From an uncultured delta proteobacterium (GTDB taxonomy: Bacteria; Desulfobacterota; Desulfobacteria; Desulfobacterales; UBA2156), in NCBI GenBank assembly GCA_963736855.1, contig CAVTQK010000021.1, positions 128,001 through 192,000 of the forward strand: DNA of 64,000 nucleotides. Reading direction: 5' to 3'. The position numbers and the translations under genes were made by a program. This document shows positions 1 through 11,045 of the stretch, one piece after another; the stretch's first letter is position 1, and each line of letters begins with the position of its first letter. The notes beneath the pieces were generated by a model. It had not been told where the DNA came from. It was given only the letters and a program-made list of their open reading frames with translations, and did not search any database.

Positions 1-594
1 CAGTTGTCCTCTCCGGCGCAACAATGTAAAGACAATCACCGGACATTCGAAAAGAAATAACCAGGCAATGAAGCCAAAGGGGCTGCCGGACAAGCGTACC
101 CCAATCCCGTCCGAAACCGAATATCCGGCGATAATGGCCCCGGTGCCGACGGCAAAGAAGACCGAGGATCGGTTTCTTTTTGGGGACGCTTCCTGAACCC
201 ACGCGATGCTGACGATACCCATGGATGCAAGGATAACTCCGCAAAGAGCCGGCGTCGATAAGTGTTCTCCGCCGAAAACGGCTGCACCTATAGCGACCAA
301 TATGGGTGCGACACCTCGAGCGGTGGGGTAAGCTTGACTCAAGTCCCCGAAGCGATAGGCTTGAAACAAGAACACATAATAAAGATAGTGAAAAAGGCAG
401 GAGATCCCAATGGCCGGCCAGCTATCGGGATTTGGCGGTCTCACAAAAGGAATGAGTACCACACCGACAATGAACTGACCCAGAGCCACCGAGGAGAGAA
501 CGAGTAACCGGTCAGATGCCTTCTTCACGAGTGCATTCCAGGTGGCATGCAGAAGCGCCGCCACAAGTACCATGATCGTGATTTCAGCCGTCAA
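1..594 (-). CDS. EamA/DMT-family transporter (3' part runs off the window)
   Basis: Not in the ORF track. Manual translation from TTG at 594 (GAGAGGA upstream) gives ...VLVAALLHATWNALVKK...AYRFGDLSQAYPTARGVAPILVAIG..., open to position 1. Confidence 0.85.
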   Translation of the reverse strand, partial: MTAEITIMVLVAALLHATWNALVKKASDRLLVLSSVALGQFIVGVVLIPFVRPPNPDSWPAIGISCLFHYLYYVFLFQAYRFGDLSQAYPTARGVAPILVAIGAAVFGGEHLSTPALCGVILASMGIVSIAWVQEASPKRNRSSVFFAVGTGAIIAGYSVSDGIGVRLSGSPFGFIAWLFLFECPVIVFTLLRRRGQL

Positions 595-927
595 TTCTAT
601 CTATCCTCTCTAACAAGAGGTTTTAAAAAACAACTTATCGATCAATGTGAGAGCGCCTATCGGTTTCGTTCAACGGATCGGATGCGTTGGTGCAAGGTTT
701 CTTAATTTCTATGAATTAGTCCATGTGGCTTCCGGTATGCAACAGAATTCCTATGATATGTTTTTTATCTTCTGCTATGATATTAATGTATTTACCCAAG
801 GCGGAGCGATAATAATGGGTGATGCCGGTCCGAACCGACAGGTATTGTTGAATAGTTTTCAGGTGAAGATGGTGATCAGTCATCGCCTATGGTTGCGGAT
901 GAAATCTCATGGCAAAGGACTAACAAC

Positions 928-2451
928 GTGAATGAAATAATGGCCGCGCTGTGGCGCGAAGACATTCTCTACCTTACCGGTACGGCATTTGTTCTCGTGG
1001 TGTTGCTTTATCGCTTTTTAAAGGCCGGACGCGTGACGCTAAAGCACACGGTGCTGTTTTTTGTCTTCTGGTTGCTGATTGAAGTAATTTCTGCCGCTTT
1101 TGCCGTACGAGGGCAGTCAGAAATCGCCGGCGGTCTCCATCAGACAGCCCTGCTCGGGCTCGGGCTGGTGCTGATTCGGCTGTCGGGGATGTTTATTTTT
1201 CGCGTCGTACTTTCAGCGCTGCGTGTGAAGGCGCCCCGTATCCTCGAAGACATTGTCGTCATCGGTGGATACGTGCTGTGGGCGATGGTGCGTCTTTCCT
1301 ATACCGGAGTCGAACTCTCTAGTCTGATTGCCACCTCGGCGGTGATCACGGCTGTGCTTGCTTTCGCAATGCAGGATACGCTCGGCAACATCCTCGGCGG
1401 CCTGGCATTGCAGCTCGACAACTCACTGGAGATCGGCGACTGGGTGAAACTCGATGATCTCTCCGGCCGCGTTGTAGAAATCCAATGGCGCTACACCGCA
1501 ATCCTTACCCGTAACGGCGAAAAGGTGGTGGTTCCGAACGGCCAGCTGATGAAAGCAAAATTCTCGGTGATCTCCGATAAGGATCTCGGAGTCGCCGGAT
1601 GGAGGCGCTGGATCTGGTTCAACGTAGACTACAGTGTCAACCCATCGATGGTTATCACGGCGGCCGAGCGTGCGGTGGCCGATGCAGAGATTCCCAACGT
1701 GGCACCGGAACCTGCACCTTCTTGCCTGGTGATGGAGTTTATACCTGGGTCGGTACGTTATGCGCTGCGCTACTGGCTCATCGATCCGCTTGACGACGAT
1801 TCGACTGACTCGTCGGTCCGTACCCACCTGCTTGCGATGATGCAGCGCAACAGCTGGCGCATCGCGCTGCCGGATCAGGTAGTGCATCTTGTTCAGGAAG
1901 GCGACGCGCATCGCGAAGCGGTCCGGCAGCGGGAGCTCAATCGCCGATTGAAATCCCTGTCGGGTATCGAGCTGTTCGCGCCACTCGATGAAAATGAACG
2001 CAATAAGATGGCCGAACATCTGGTTTATGCACCCTTTGCAAGGGGCGATGTGATCACACATCAGGGCGCCGTCGCGCACTGGCTATATATCATCGTGACC
2101 GGCGAGGTGGATGTATTATGGGAAACGCCGGACGGCCGTCGCCGTCCTGTGACGCATCTGCAGTCGGGAAGTGTATTCGGCGAAATGGGTCTCATGACCG
2201 GTGCACCGCGGACAGCGACAGTCACCGCGGCCACCGATGTCGAGTGCTACCGGCTGGACAAGGAGGGCTTCGAGGGCATCATCCGTGGCCGACCTGAGCT
2301 CGCCGAGTACATGTCGCATATCCTGGCGGAGCGTCTTCAGCAACTGGATGAGTTTCAGAATAAATATCGGCACGAACGGAGCGAAGGAGAGCGGGCGGAC
2401 CACCGGGCTGCAATCGTTCAACGTATCCGGGATTTTTTCGGGTTGAGGTAG
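928..2451 (+). CDS. MscS-family mechanosensitive channel with C-terminal cyclic-nucleotide-binding domain
   Basis: AFAMQDTLGNILGGL and IGDWV MscS motifs; C-terminal VFGEMGLMTGAPRTATV cNMP motif; GTG start after AAGGA. Confidence 0.9.
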   Translation: MNEIMAALWREDILYLTGTAFVLVVLLYRFLKAGRVTLKHTVLFFVFWLLIEVISAAFAVRGQSEIAGGLHQTALLGLGLVLIRLSGMFIFRVVLSALRVKAPRILEDIVVIGGYVLWAMVRLSYTGVELSSLIATSAVITAVLAFAMQDTLGNILGGLALQLDNSLEIGDWVKLDDLSGRVVEIQWRYTAILTRNGEKVVVPNGQLMKAKFSVISDKDLGVAGWRRWIWFNVDYSVNPSMVITAAERAVADAEIPNVAPEPAPSCLVMEFIPGSVRYALRYWLIDPLDDDSTDSSVRTHLLAMMQRNSWRIALPDQVVHLVQEGDAHREAVRQRELNRRLKSLSGIELFAPLDENERNKMAEHLVYAPFARGDVITHQGAVAHWLYIIVTGEVDVLWETPDGRRRPVTHLQSGSVFGEMGLMTGAPRTATVTAATDVECYRLDKEGFEGIIRGRPELAEYMSHILAERLQQLDEFQNKYRHERSEGERADHRAAIVQRIRDFFGLR

Positions 2452-2509
2452 TCTTTCCCATGATATCCTGTCTGCTCCGATAAAGATGCCCAATCAAAGC
2501 AAGAGAGTA

Positions 2510-3013
2510 CTAAAACGGCCAGAAGGCGTTATCGTACCAGATGTTTTCTCTGAGATCCTGTTCGATCTTTGAAAGCATCTCGAGATGGGATGTTTCCCAC
2601 TCGGCCAGCCACCGGTACACGGCCTTTTCGTTTTTGTCTTTGGCTTTTTTCGCCCGATCGCTGTAAAGGCGGATAGCCTTTTCCTCCATGGACATGGCCG
2701 CGGATACGGCTGCAGCCTCAAAGGATGCGGCGTCGATCTTTCTGGCAAGCTCCGGGGAAAAGACCGCAGAGGCGACCCTGTCTCCTGGTTTCCCGGCAAA
2801 GCAACCGGAGTCGAATTTCCCCAGGCTCTGGTAGGCCTTGAATTGCTCGGACAGGATTTCGATGTGCGTCCTTTCTTCATCGGCCATCATCTGAAAAAAG
2901 GCTTTTGTGGGTTTATCGGAGGCCTGCTTGGCCACTTTCTCATAAAAGGCCTTTCCGCGCTTTTCCAAAAGGATCGCATTTTTTAAGATTTCCAGGGATC
3001 TGTTTTCCTTCAT
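2510..3013 (-). CDS. Rubrerythrin/ferritin-like diiron protein
   Basis: Two ExxH motifs (DEERTH, EWETSH); GGAGG RBS. Confidence 0.85.
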   Translation of the reverse strand: MKENRSLEILKNAILLEKRGKAFYEKVAKQASDKPTKAFFQMMADEERTHIEILSEQFKAYQSLGKFDSGCFAGKPGDRVASAVFSPELARKIDAASFEAAAVSAAMSMEEKAIRLYSDRAKKAKDKNEKAVYRWLAEWETSHLEMLSKIEQDLRENIWYDNAFWPF

Positions 3014-3055
3014 GTACTACCTCCGGTTGAAATTATTTATCTGAAAGACAGGATG

Positions 3056-4312
3056 TTAATGGGCATCGGGCAAAGGGACAAAACTCCCATGATCCAATGG
3101 TTCTCCATGCCGGATGACTCTTCGACAGGGATTGACGCCGAAGGCATAAGCGAGTTCCACAGGAGAGGTGATGTCCCACAATACGAAATCGGCATCCTTT
3201 CCGACTTCTAGAGTTCCCACGTTATTTTCCAGCCCCAACGCTTTGGCCGCATGGATGGTCGCTCCCGCAAGGGCTTCTTCCGGGGTCAACCCGAAGAGGG
3301 TGCAGGCCATGTTGAGCATAAGCAGCAAGGATGTGGTGGGGCTGGTGCCGGGGTTGCAGTCCGTGGAGACCGCCATGGGAACAGCATGCCGGCGAAACAG
3401 GTCCACCGGTGGAAGCCGCTTTTCGCGAATGAAGTAGAAAGCTCCGGGGAGCAAAACCGCTACGGTGTTGCTTTTGGCCATGGCCACAGCACCTTCTTCC
3501 GAGAGGTGTTCCAGATGATCCGCGGAAAGAGCTTTGAAGCCGGCAGCCAGCTCGGCACCGCCCTGGTTTGAAAATTGCTCTGCATGAAGGCGGATCATGA
3601 GGCCGTGTTCCCTTGCCGTCCGAAACACTTTTTCCGTCTGTTCCCGTGTAAACCCGATGGTATCGCAAAACGCATCCGCGGCGACGGCTAAGCCCTGTCC
3701 GGCCACTTCCGGAAGCACCTTTCGGCAAACGAAGTCGATGTAAGCATCGGTGTCGCCCCGAAATTCAGGGGGGAGTGCATGGGCGCCCAGGAAAGTGGGG
3801 ACGACCGTTACAGGGTACCTTTTTTCCAAAAGACGGGCCACGCGCAGCATTTTCAGTTCGGTATCCACATCGAGACCGTACCCCGACTTGATTTCCACTG
3901 TGGTCACTCCTTGTGCCAGCATGGATTCCAAGCGGGGAGCGCTCTGACGAAACAGTTCCTGTTCGTCGGCGTCTCTTGTGGCGAAAACCGTGGAAAGGAT
4001 TCCGCCTCCGCGGCGGGAGATCTCTTCATAAGAAACACCCTGGAGCCGGAGTTCAAACTCACCAGCTCGGTTCCCCGCGTACACCAGATGCGTATGACAG
4101 TCCACTAGGCCGGGCGTAACCCACGCTCCCTTTCCATCATACATCCGATATGCGCGATCTTTGAAAGGATCCGGAAGGTCTTTTGCTTTTCCAATCCATG
4201 CGATCCTGGATCCGGAAACTGCGATGGCGCTGTTTTTAATGGCCCCGTAAGGGCTTCCCGGTGTCATGGTCGCCAGTTGAATGTTCGTCCATATACTCAG
4301 GGTTTCGGGCAT
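3056..4312 (-). CDS. hutI: Imidazolonepropionase
   Basis: [29 protein letters not shown] and TDCNPGTSP motifs; start trimmed to MPETL, just after the ftcD stop. Confidence 0.95.
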   Translation of the reverse strand: MPETLSIWTNIQLATMTPGSPYGAIKNSAIAVSGSRIAWIGKAKDLPDPFKDRAYRMYDGKGAWVTPGLVDCHTHLVYAGNRAGEFELRLQGVSYEEISRRGGGILSTVFATRDADEQELFRQSAPRLESMLAQGVTTVEIKSGYGLDVDTELKMLRVARLLEKRYPVTVVPTFLGAHALPPEFRGDTDAYIDFVCRKVLPEVAGQGLAVAADAFCDTIGFTREQTEKVFRTAREHGLMIRLHAEQFSNQGGAELAAGFKALSADHLEHLSEEGAVAMAKSNTVAVLLPGAFYFIREKRLPPVDLFRRHAVPMAVSTDCNPGTSPTTSLLLMLNMACTLFGLTPEEALAGATIHAAKALGLENNVGTLEVGKDADFVLWDITSPVELAYAFGVNPCRRVIRHGEPLDHGSFVPLPDAH

Positions 4313-4313
4313 A

Positions 4314-5864
4314 TTATCCCAGGCGGCTGTCGATGATTTTTTCAAGATTTTGAAAAACGAAAAAGATTCTTGGAAGCCTTTCCGCAAGTTCGGCCTGGAT
4401 CTGTTGTACAAAGTCCTTATCATCAATTTCGGGAAGGTTGATCCGAACGTTGTACGCGGCACTCCGTGCCGCGGCCCGCACCAATTCGGCGGCAACTGCG
4501 GCATCGGTGAAACAATTGGGGTTTCCCTTGAAGAGCGATTTTTCCACAAGGCTGACCACTTCCTCCAGCGTTTGCAATGTCTGCATGGGGACCCGGGAGG
4601 CCTGCTTGAAGGCATTCTGAATCGCTTTCCGGCGTAAGGTGCTTTGTTTCTCGTTCTCTTTGGGCATTTTGAAGGCTGCCATCACCCGATTGTAGGCGTC
4701 GATGTCCTTATCCGCAAGGTCGAGCAGTTTCAGGGACAAGCGGTCGGCGGTTTCGAGCATTATGTTCATCTCGGGTGTGACATCCCGGAACTTGGGACGA
4801 CCCGCTGTCAGGCGGCCGACCATGGCGCAAAGAGCTGCACCCAACGCTCCTGCCAAGGCAGCGACGCTGCCGCCGCCAGGCGTTGCCGAAGCGCCGGAAA
4901 GTTTTTGAACGAATTCGCCGATGGATGTTTCCATGATTTTCATGATTGATCCGAATCCTCTTTGAAGGTCTAGAAGCGCCAGTTCGATGACTTGCCTGCT
5001 TTGAAATCCGGCTATCTGCATATAATAAGAAAGGCTGTCCAGAAGCGCTGCAGCAGGGACCATGCCATACACCTCGGTTTCGACAATGGCGACTCCCCAG
5101 CGCCTGGCCTCCATCCGGATCAGTTCCACGACGCGGTAAAGGGCGTTCTTTTCATAATCGACGATATTCATGCTCACCTGGGTAAGCCCCCGATCTTCAA
5201 GGGCCAGGCCGATTCCTTTGACATGGCACAACCCTCCGCTTGAAGCCCGAACTGTCTGCGCAATACACCGGGCCACCTCCAGGTTTCGGGTTCCTAAGTT
5301 GACGTTGAAGGCAATGAGGAATTTTCGGGCTCCGATGACAGTCGCACCGGCGCTCGGGTGCAGTTCTGGTTTTCCGATGTCCGGGTGTCGTTCCGGCCGG
5401 GCCACTTCCGTTTTCAGTGTTTCATACTCCCCTCTTCGGATGACTTCCAGCCGACGTCGTTCGGGGCGCAGGGCAGCCTCTTCATAGAAATAGACCGGGA
5501 CACGGGTTGCCTCGTAAAAACGGCGGCCGAAGTTGTGAGCGATTTTGACACAGTCTTCCATGGTTGTATTTCGAATGGGTGTGAAAGGGATCACATCGAC
5601 GGCTCCGATGCGGGGATGTCCGCCCCGGTGGACTTCCAGATCGATCTTTTCGATCGCTACCTCGGAGGCCTCAAGAAGAGCATCCTGAACCGGTTCGGGC
5701 TCCCCTGCCAGGCTTACCACCAGACGATTGTGATCGGGGTCGGCTCGGTAATCCAGAATCGTACAGCCCTTCTTTTTGCGAAACGGTGTCACGATCGCCT
5801 CGATGACGACGCTATTGCGTCCTTCGCTGAAATTGGGGACACATTCGATCAACGGTTTCGGCAT
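4314..5864 (-). CDS. ftcD: Bifunctional glutamate formiminotransferase / formiminotetrahydrofolate cyclodeaminase
   Basis: [10 protein letters not shown] and [12 protein letters not shown] (transferase) fused to [17 protein letters not shown] (cyclodeaminase). Confidence 0.92.
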   Translation of the reverse strand: MPKPLIECVPNFSEGRNSVVIEAIVTPFRKKKGCTILDYRADPDHNRLVVSLAGEPEPVQDALLEASEVAIEKIDLEVHRGGHPRIGAVDVIPFTPIRNTTMEDCVKIAHNFGRRFYEATRVPVYFYEEAALRPERRRLEVIRRGEYETLKTEVARPERHPDIGKPELHPSAGATVIGARKFLIAFNVNLGTRNLEVARCIAQTVRASSGGLCHVKGIGLALEDRGLTQVSMNIVDYEKNALYRVVELIRMEARRWGVAIVETEVYGMVPAAALLDSLSYYMQIAGFQSRQVIELALLDLQRGFGSIMKIMETSIGEFVQKLSGASATPGGGSVAALAGALGAALCAMVGRLTAGRPKFRDVTPEMNIMLETADRLSLKLLDLADKDIDAYNRVMAAFKMPKENEKQSTLRRKAIQNAFKQASRVPMQTLQTLEEVVSLVEKSLFKGNPNCFTDAAVAAELVRAAARSAAYNVRINLPEIDDKDFVQQIQAELAERLPRIFFVFQNLEKIIDSRLG

Positions 5865-5888
5865 TAAAGACCCTTTCTTTTCAAAGGA

Positions 5889-7595
5889 TCAATCGGACAG
5901 CATAGGGATCTTGACTCCCCGGGATTGGGCCACCTCGCGGGCGAGGACATATCCGGCATCCGCATGGCGACAGATGCCCGTAGCCGGATCATTTCTCAAT
6001 ACCGTAGTTGCCCTCAGTTCCGCTTCCGGTGTACCGTCCACCACCGTCACTTGACCGGCGTGAAGGGAGTACCCGATGCCGACACCCCCCCCGTCATGGA
6101 AGGAAACCCAGCTTGCCCCGGAGGCCACATTGACCATGCAGTTGAGCAGGGCCCAGTCCGCCACCGCGTCGGAACCGTCTTTCATCCCTTCCGTCTCCCG
6201 GTAGGGAGAGGCCACGGAACCGCAATCCAGATGATCCCGGCCGATCACCAGGGGTGCGGAAACTTTTCCTGAAGCCACCAAATCGTTGAACAGTTTTCCC
6301 GCCTTGTCCCGTTCCCCGTAACCAAGCCAGCAGATACGGGCCGGGAGCCCCATGTGGGAAACCCTTTTGCCGGCCAATTCGAGCCAACGCACCATCCGTT
6401 TCTTTTCGGGAAAAGCCCGCATCAGGGCCTCGTCAGTGACCTCGATGTCCTTGGGGTTTCCGGATAAGGCGGCCCAGCGAAACGGTCCTTCTCCGTAGCA
6501 GAAAAGATCACGGATGTAGGCGGGCACGAAACCGGGATAACTCATGGCATCGTCCACCCCCCGCTTCATGGCCTGGGCGCGCAGGTTGTTTCCGTAATCA
6601 AAGGCCACCGCTCCCTGTTTTTTCATCTCGAGAATCGCACGACAGTGTATGGCCATGGAGTCGAAAGCCATGTCAATGTAACGCTTCGGATCCTGTTTCC
6701 GCAACCGGAGGGCGTCTTCATAAGGGATGCCCGCAGGAACATACCCGTTGAGTTCGTCGTGGGCGCTGGTCTGGTCCGTGACCACATCGGGAATGAATCC
6801 CTTTCGGATCAGGGCGGGTAGTACCTCGGCGGCATTCCCAAGCACTCCGATGGAAAGAGGCTTTTTGTCTTGTGCGGCTTTTCTTGACATGGCAACGGCT
6901 TCGTCGATGTTTTCGGTCATAGCGTCCAGATACCGGGTGTCCAGACGTCTCTGAATGCGTTGGCGATCCACTTCCGCACAAAGAACAACGCCGCCGTTTA
7001 ACGTAACGGCCAGAGGCTGGGCGCCGCCCATGCCGCCCAGACCCGCAGTGACCACCGTGCGGCCGGAAAGGGGTCCTGAAAAATGCTTCTCACTCAAGGC
7101 GGCAAAGGTTTCATAGGTCCCCTGAAGGATCCCCTGACTACCTATGTAAATCCACGACCCGGCAGTCATCTGGCCGTACATGATGAGCCCCTTGCGATCC
7201 AGCTCGTGGAAGGATTCCCAGGTGGCCCACCGGGGGACGATGTTGGCATTGGCGATGAGGACCCTTGGAGCATGCGTGTGGGTCTTCAGGATTCCTACCG
7301 GTTTTCCGGATTGAACCAGCAGCGTTTCATTGTTTTCGAGATCTAAAAGGGACAAGACGATAGCATCGAAGCAGGGCCAGTTCCGGGCCGCCTTTCCGGT
7401 GCCTCCGTAAACGATGAGTTCCATGGGCTTTTCACCGCATTCCGGATCCAGGTTGTTGCAAAGCATCCTGAGAGCCGCCTCCTGTTGCCAACCCTTGCAA
7501 TGCAGCCGGTTTCCCACAGGGGCTTTCACGGGCCGGGGGCGGCCCGAGCCGATCTGAAGCGTTTGAAGCAACATTTCTCTGGGAGAAATACTCAT
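5889..7595 (-). CDS. hutU: Urocanate hydratase
   Basis: [32 protein letters not shown] and [18 protein letters not shown] motifs; GGAGG RBS. Confidence 0.97.
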   Translation of the reverse strand: MSISPREMLLQTLQIGSGRPRPVKAPVGNRLHCKGWQQEAALRMLCNNLDPECGEKPMELIVYGGTGKAARNWPCFDAIVLSLLDLENNETLLVQSGKPVGILKTHTHAPRVLIANANIVPRWATWESFHELDRKGLIMYGQMTAGSWIYIGSQGILQGTYETFAALSEKHFSGPLSGRTVVTAGLGGMGGAQPLAVTLNGGVVLCAEVDRQRIQRRLDTRYLDAMTENIDEAVAMSRKAAQDKKPLSIGVLGNAAEVLPALIRKGFIPDVVTDQTSAHDELNGYVPAGIPYEDALRLRKQDPKRYIDMAFDSMAIHCRAILEMKKQGAVAFDYGNNLRAQAMKRGVDDAMSYPGFVPAYIRDLFCYGEGPFRWAALSGNPKDIEVTDEALMRAFPEKKRMVRWLELAGKRVSHMGLPARICWLGYGERDKAGKLFNDLVASGKVSAPLVIGRDHLDCGSVASPYRETEGMKDGSDAVADWALLNCMVNVASGASWVSFHDGGGVGIGYSLHAGQVTVVDGTPEAELRATTVLRNDPATGICRHADAGYVLAREVAQSRGVKIPMLSD

Positions 7596-7926
7596 GGTCG
7601 GTTCCTCCGCAGTCAAGCTGTTTTAATAACCTTAGCACCGATTGTATCATGGGCCAAGATAATCCTTTTTCACCATTTAAAAAACCACGTCATAATACAT
7701 CTCTTGGATTTGATTTGACCTGTTTTAGGCGACAGGTGCGACTTTGGCTGACAGTTGATCAAACGACAGATCCGTTTTTCTCACAACATACAGACTCTTC
7801 CCATCACCTCCTTTTGAATCGTGGTTGATTTTACATTTCGGATTGATTAGAAATGTCAAACATGTTGATATAAATAAGGATAAAACGAAGGAACAACTTT
7901 GTGATAGCGAACCACTTCGAGCGCAC

Positions 7927-10900
7927 ATGACCACCAGTCCTCCATATTTGGACGCTTTCGGGGTAAAGGCATCCCCCCCGTCACTCAAGGCCGCCAATGT
8001 CGCCCTGCGGATTCCCCGGTTCTTTTTCGACCGGCGCGACCATGACTTGATCCGGATCATCAACGCCGTGGGTGCCGGGAATCGGGATCTGGACTTCTTC
8101 CGCAGACGGTACTATCGCTATTTTCATCCCCACGGCATCAAGGAGATGGCTGAATCGCGCAGCCTGCGTATCGCCTATGCCATGGTCCATCTGCTCAGCT
8201 CCCTGGAAATCGGCGGCATGGACGATCGCCTGGACGCCTTGCGCTCGCTGCGCGCCGAAGTGCTGGATACCGCCGAAGGCCCCTTGCCCAAGAATACCGC
8301 CCGGGTGCTGATGCAGATCATGAAGGAGGTAGTGCGGGCGCGCCACAACCCACTGCGCCAACTGGAACTGGTCCATGATTTCCGCATTACGGCTTCGGGC
8401 AAGCCGCGACGGGTACGCAAGCAACTGCACAACTATCACCTGCTGGAGATGCCCGAGGAGTGGAACCAGATCTCGTTCGACGACCATGTCCACGACATCA
8501 ACACCAAGGGCCGCAAATCTTCCACCCACCTGATCATGGATGCCTGGATCAAGGGCATCCGGCGGTTGCGCGTGGTGCACTACAACTATATCGAACCGCG
8601 CTTTGCCGCCGAACTGGCCGAAGCGGCCCGCATCATGGAGATCGACATCCGTATCGGCATCGAGTTCTACACCCCCTTCCGAGGCCGCTATATCAATCTG
8701 ATTTGGGTGCCCCGGGGCTTTCCCGACGCTCAGGCCTTTCTCTGCTTTCTGGAGGAGCCGGCCGTCGCAGCCCTCATGGCCGATGGCCGCCGAGCTTCGG
8801 AATACCAGCAGGCCTATGTGATGGCGTTGCTGGAGGCCTTCAACCAGCGCCATCTTGCGGAGTTGAATCAAGAGTTCGGCATCGACATGGCGCGGATCGA
8901 GGCCCGGGAGTTTCTCGCCTTTGTGGGCATGGGGCAGAAATCGTTGCTGCATCTGGAAAAATTCATCGAGGAGAAGATGCGCGCCGCCATGGGGCAAAAG
9001 GCCGATCAGCTGCGAGCGGCCTACGACGCGGCCGACGCGGGCGAACAGGAACGCATGGCCGCATGGTTTGACCGCATGGACCCACTGAATCTGGAAGCGG
9101 TGGTGGCCGAATACTTCAAACCGGAGCGCAACCCCGATATTCCCGACCATACGGTACCCGGCGACGCGTCCGATATACCGGCACTTCTCAAGTTATCGCC
9201 CGCCGATCTTCTCGGCCGGTTGGCCGCCCTGCAGACCGACTATCGCATCACCCTGAACCTGTCCGGCCTGCGGGTCGAAGATGTGCTCGAACTCCTCTAT
9301 GACTGCGACGGCATGATCTCGCGGCTGGAGCTCTTCAATCTCAAGGATTGGGCCAAAGGCCATACAGAACATATACCGGCCATCAGCCGTCTCCAGGAGA
9401 CGATCAACGGCCATAACCCGATCAAGCTCAAACGCTTGATTCTGGAGATCGTCCAGCGGGTCGAGGAGAGCAAGGAGCCGGGGGACGCGGAGCGCGTCGC
9501 CAAGCTCAGGGCCATTCTGCACGACATCGGTTCGCTGCAAGTCATGTATCAGGCCAAACCGCTCAAGGCGCGCATCGGCAGCGATTCCACCGGGCGCTCG
9601 CCGAGCGCTCACGGCATGGGGCTGGCAGTCATCGAGACATTACCGGCCAGGGCCCGCCGGCAAATTGAAAAAGATATAGGCACGGGCCGCGACCGGCTAC
9701 CCATCCACATCAGCGTTTATCGCCGCCACACATATATCCCCGGTACGGCGATGAGTTACAAGCCGGAAAAATGGGGTAAAATCCCGCGCACGGCGCTGCC
9801 GTTATGGATAGGGGCCTTCAAGAAGGTGGACTGGTACGTGGAAAGCAAAGGTACCAGGATGACCGAACAGGGCAATGTGATCACGTTGGGCGGCGTACAG
9901 AAAGCGATTCGCAACCAATTGACACTGGCCCCTCCGGAGCCAAACCAGCGCAAAAGCATTTCATGGCGCTATATCAACTCTCACCTGCGCAACCTGCTCA
10001 AGATCTTCTTCGGATTCGTACCTGCCTTTGCCACCTTCTTCCTCACCAATGATTGGTGGCTCCTGGCTTACGGCGGCGCCTTTATCTGGTTCGGCATAAC
10101 CGGGGTCCGCAACATTTTGCAATCGGTGCTCGGCGGAGGCGGGCTGCGGCGCTCCCCGCTGCTGCGCTGGAATGCATACGTAAGCTGGGATCGTATCGCC
10201 GATTCGCTGCTCTTTACCGGCTTTTCGGTACCCTTGCTCGACTACCTGACCAAAACCGTGCTGCTGGAGCGCATCCTCGGCATCACCACCGCCACCCAGC
10301 CGGTGCTGCTCTACACCATCATGGCCTTGATCAACGGCCTGTACCTCTCTACCCACAATGCTTTTCGCGGATTGCCCAAAGGGGTTATCTTCGGCAACTT
10401 CTTCCGCAGCGCGTTCTCCATTCCCATCGCCATCGTCATCAACCTGGCGGTGGGTCAGATCCTCTCGGAGGCCGGCGTGGTCGCGGTGACGGATGTGCTG
10501 CAGAAATGGGCCGCCATTATCTCCAAGACTGCGTCGGACCTCGTGGCCGGCATCATCGAGGGTACGGCCGACCGTTACAACAACATCCGTATGAGATTCA
10601 GGGATTACCGCCAAAAACTCTCCGAACTGGTTTCCATTTACTCCCAGCTCGAACTGCTCTATCCGGAAGCCGACTCCTACGAGCTGTTGGAAAACGCCAC
10701 GCGCTTCCGGAAGAAAGCCCACAGCGAGGCGCGCGATCTGGAAAAAATCATCACCATCCACTCTCTGGACCTACTCTACTTCTGGATGTATCAGCCCAGG
10801 GCGCACAGCGCCCTGGACCAGATGCTCAAGAACATCAACGAAGAGGAGCGGCAGCTGCTGGTGACCTCCCAACTGACGCTGCTCCAGCAGCGCGACATCA

Positions 10901-11007
10901 GCCAGATGTTCATCGACGGCGTGCTGGGCGACAACTTCGCCCGGAGCCTCTCATTCTACCTCTCGCGCTACCCGGAGTATCTCGAGGCCATGAAGAAGTA
11001 TGTATAA
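7927..11007 (+). CDS. Large uncharacterised protein with PHP-like domain and C-terminal transmembrane region
   Basis: Long ORF with DDHVHD, IGIEF and IGSDS motifs reminiscent of PHP domains; several hydrophobic segments near the C-terminus. Start uncertain (ORF opens at 7825). Confidence 0.75.
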   Translation: MTTSPPYLDAFGVKASPPSLKAANVALRIPRFFFDRRDHDLIRIINAVGAGNRDLDFFRRRYYRYFHPHGIKEMAESRSLRIAYAMVHLLSSLEIGGMDDRLDALRSLRAEVLDTAEGPLPKNTARVLMQIMKEVVRARHNPLRQLELVHDFRITASGKPRRVRKQLHNYHLLEMPEEWNQISFDDHVHDINTKGRKSSTHLIMDAWIKGIRRLRVVHYNYIEPRFAAELAEAARIMEIDIRIGIEFYTPFRGRYINLIWVPRGFPDAQAFLCFLEEPAVAALMADGRRASEYQQAYVMALLEAFNQRHLAELNQEFGIDMARIEAREFLAFVGMGQKSLLHLEKFIEEKMRAAMGQKADQLRAAYDAADAGEQERMAAWFDRMDPLNLEAVVAEYFKPERNPDIPDHTVPGDASDIPALLKLSPADLLGRLAALQTDYRITLNLSGLRVEDVLELLYDCDGMISRLELFNLKDWAKGHTEHIPAISRLQETINGHNPIKLKRLILEIVQRVEESKEPGDAERVAKLRAILHDIGSLQVMYQAKPLKARIGSDSTGRSPSAHGMGLAVIETLPARARRQIEKDIGTGRDRLPIHISVYRRHTYIPGTAMSYKPEKWGKIPRTALPLWIGAFKKVDWYVESKGTRMTEQGNVITLGGVQKAIRNQLTLAPPEPNQRKSISWRYINSHLRNLLKIFFGFVPAFATFFLTNDWWLLAYGGAFIWFGITGVRNILQSVLGGGGLRRSPLLRWNAYVSWDRIADSLLFTGFSVPLLDYLTKTVLLERILGITTATQPVLLYTIMALINGLYLSTHNAFRGLPKGVIFGNFFRSAFSIPIAIVINLAVGQILSEAGVVAVTDVLQKWAAIISKTASDLVAGIIEGTADRYNNIRMRFRDYRQKLSELVSIYSQLELLYPEADSYELLENATRFRKKAHSEARDLEKIITIHSLDLLYFWMYQPRAHSALDQMLKNINEEERQLLVTSQLTLLQQRDISQMFIDGVLGDNFARSLSFYLSRYPEYLEAMKKYV

Positions 11008-11045
11008 GAAGTTTAAAGTGGAAAGTAGAAAGTAAAAGAGGAGAT

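Noticed and set aside
625..646. aaaaaacaacttatcgatcaat as a fourth oriIS-like end
   Set aside because: Shares CTTATCGAT..CAAT with copy 3 but none of the repeat body; too short to separate from chance.
7981..10761. Long antisense ORFs (7981-9150, 9961-10761; likewise 39360-41864 and 45009-45968)
   Set aside because: Typical antisense shadows of GC-rich genes with no recognisable motifs.
10053..11045. N-terminal half of the 756-aa ORF
   Set aside because: Off-frame shadow of the GC-rich upstream gene; the real start is at 11046 with an RBS and a family-typical N-terminus.
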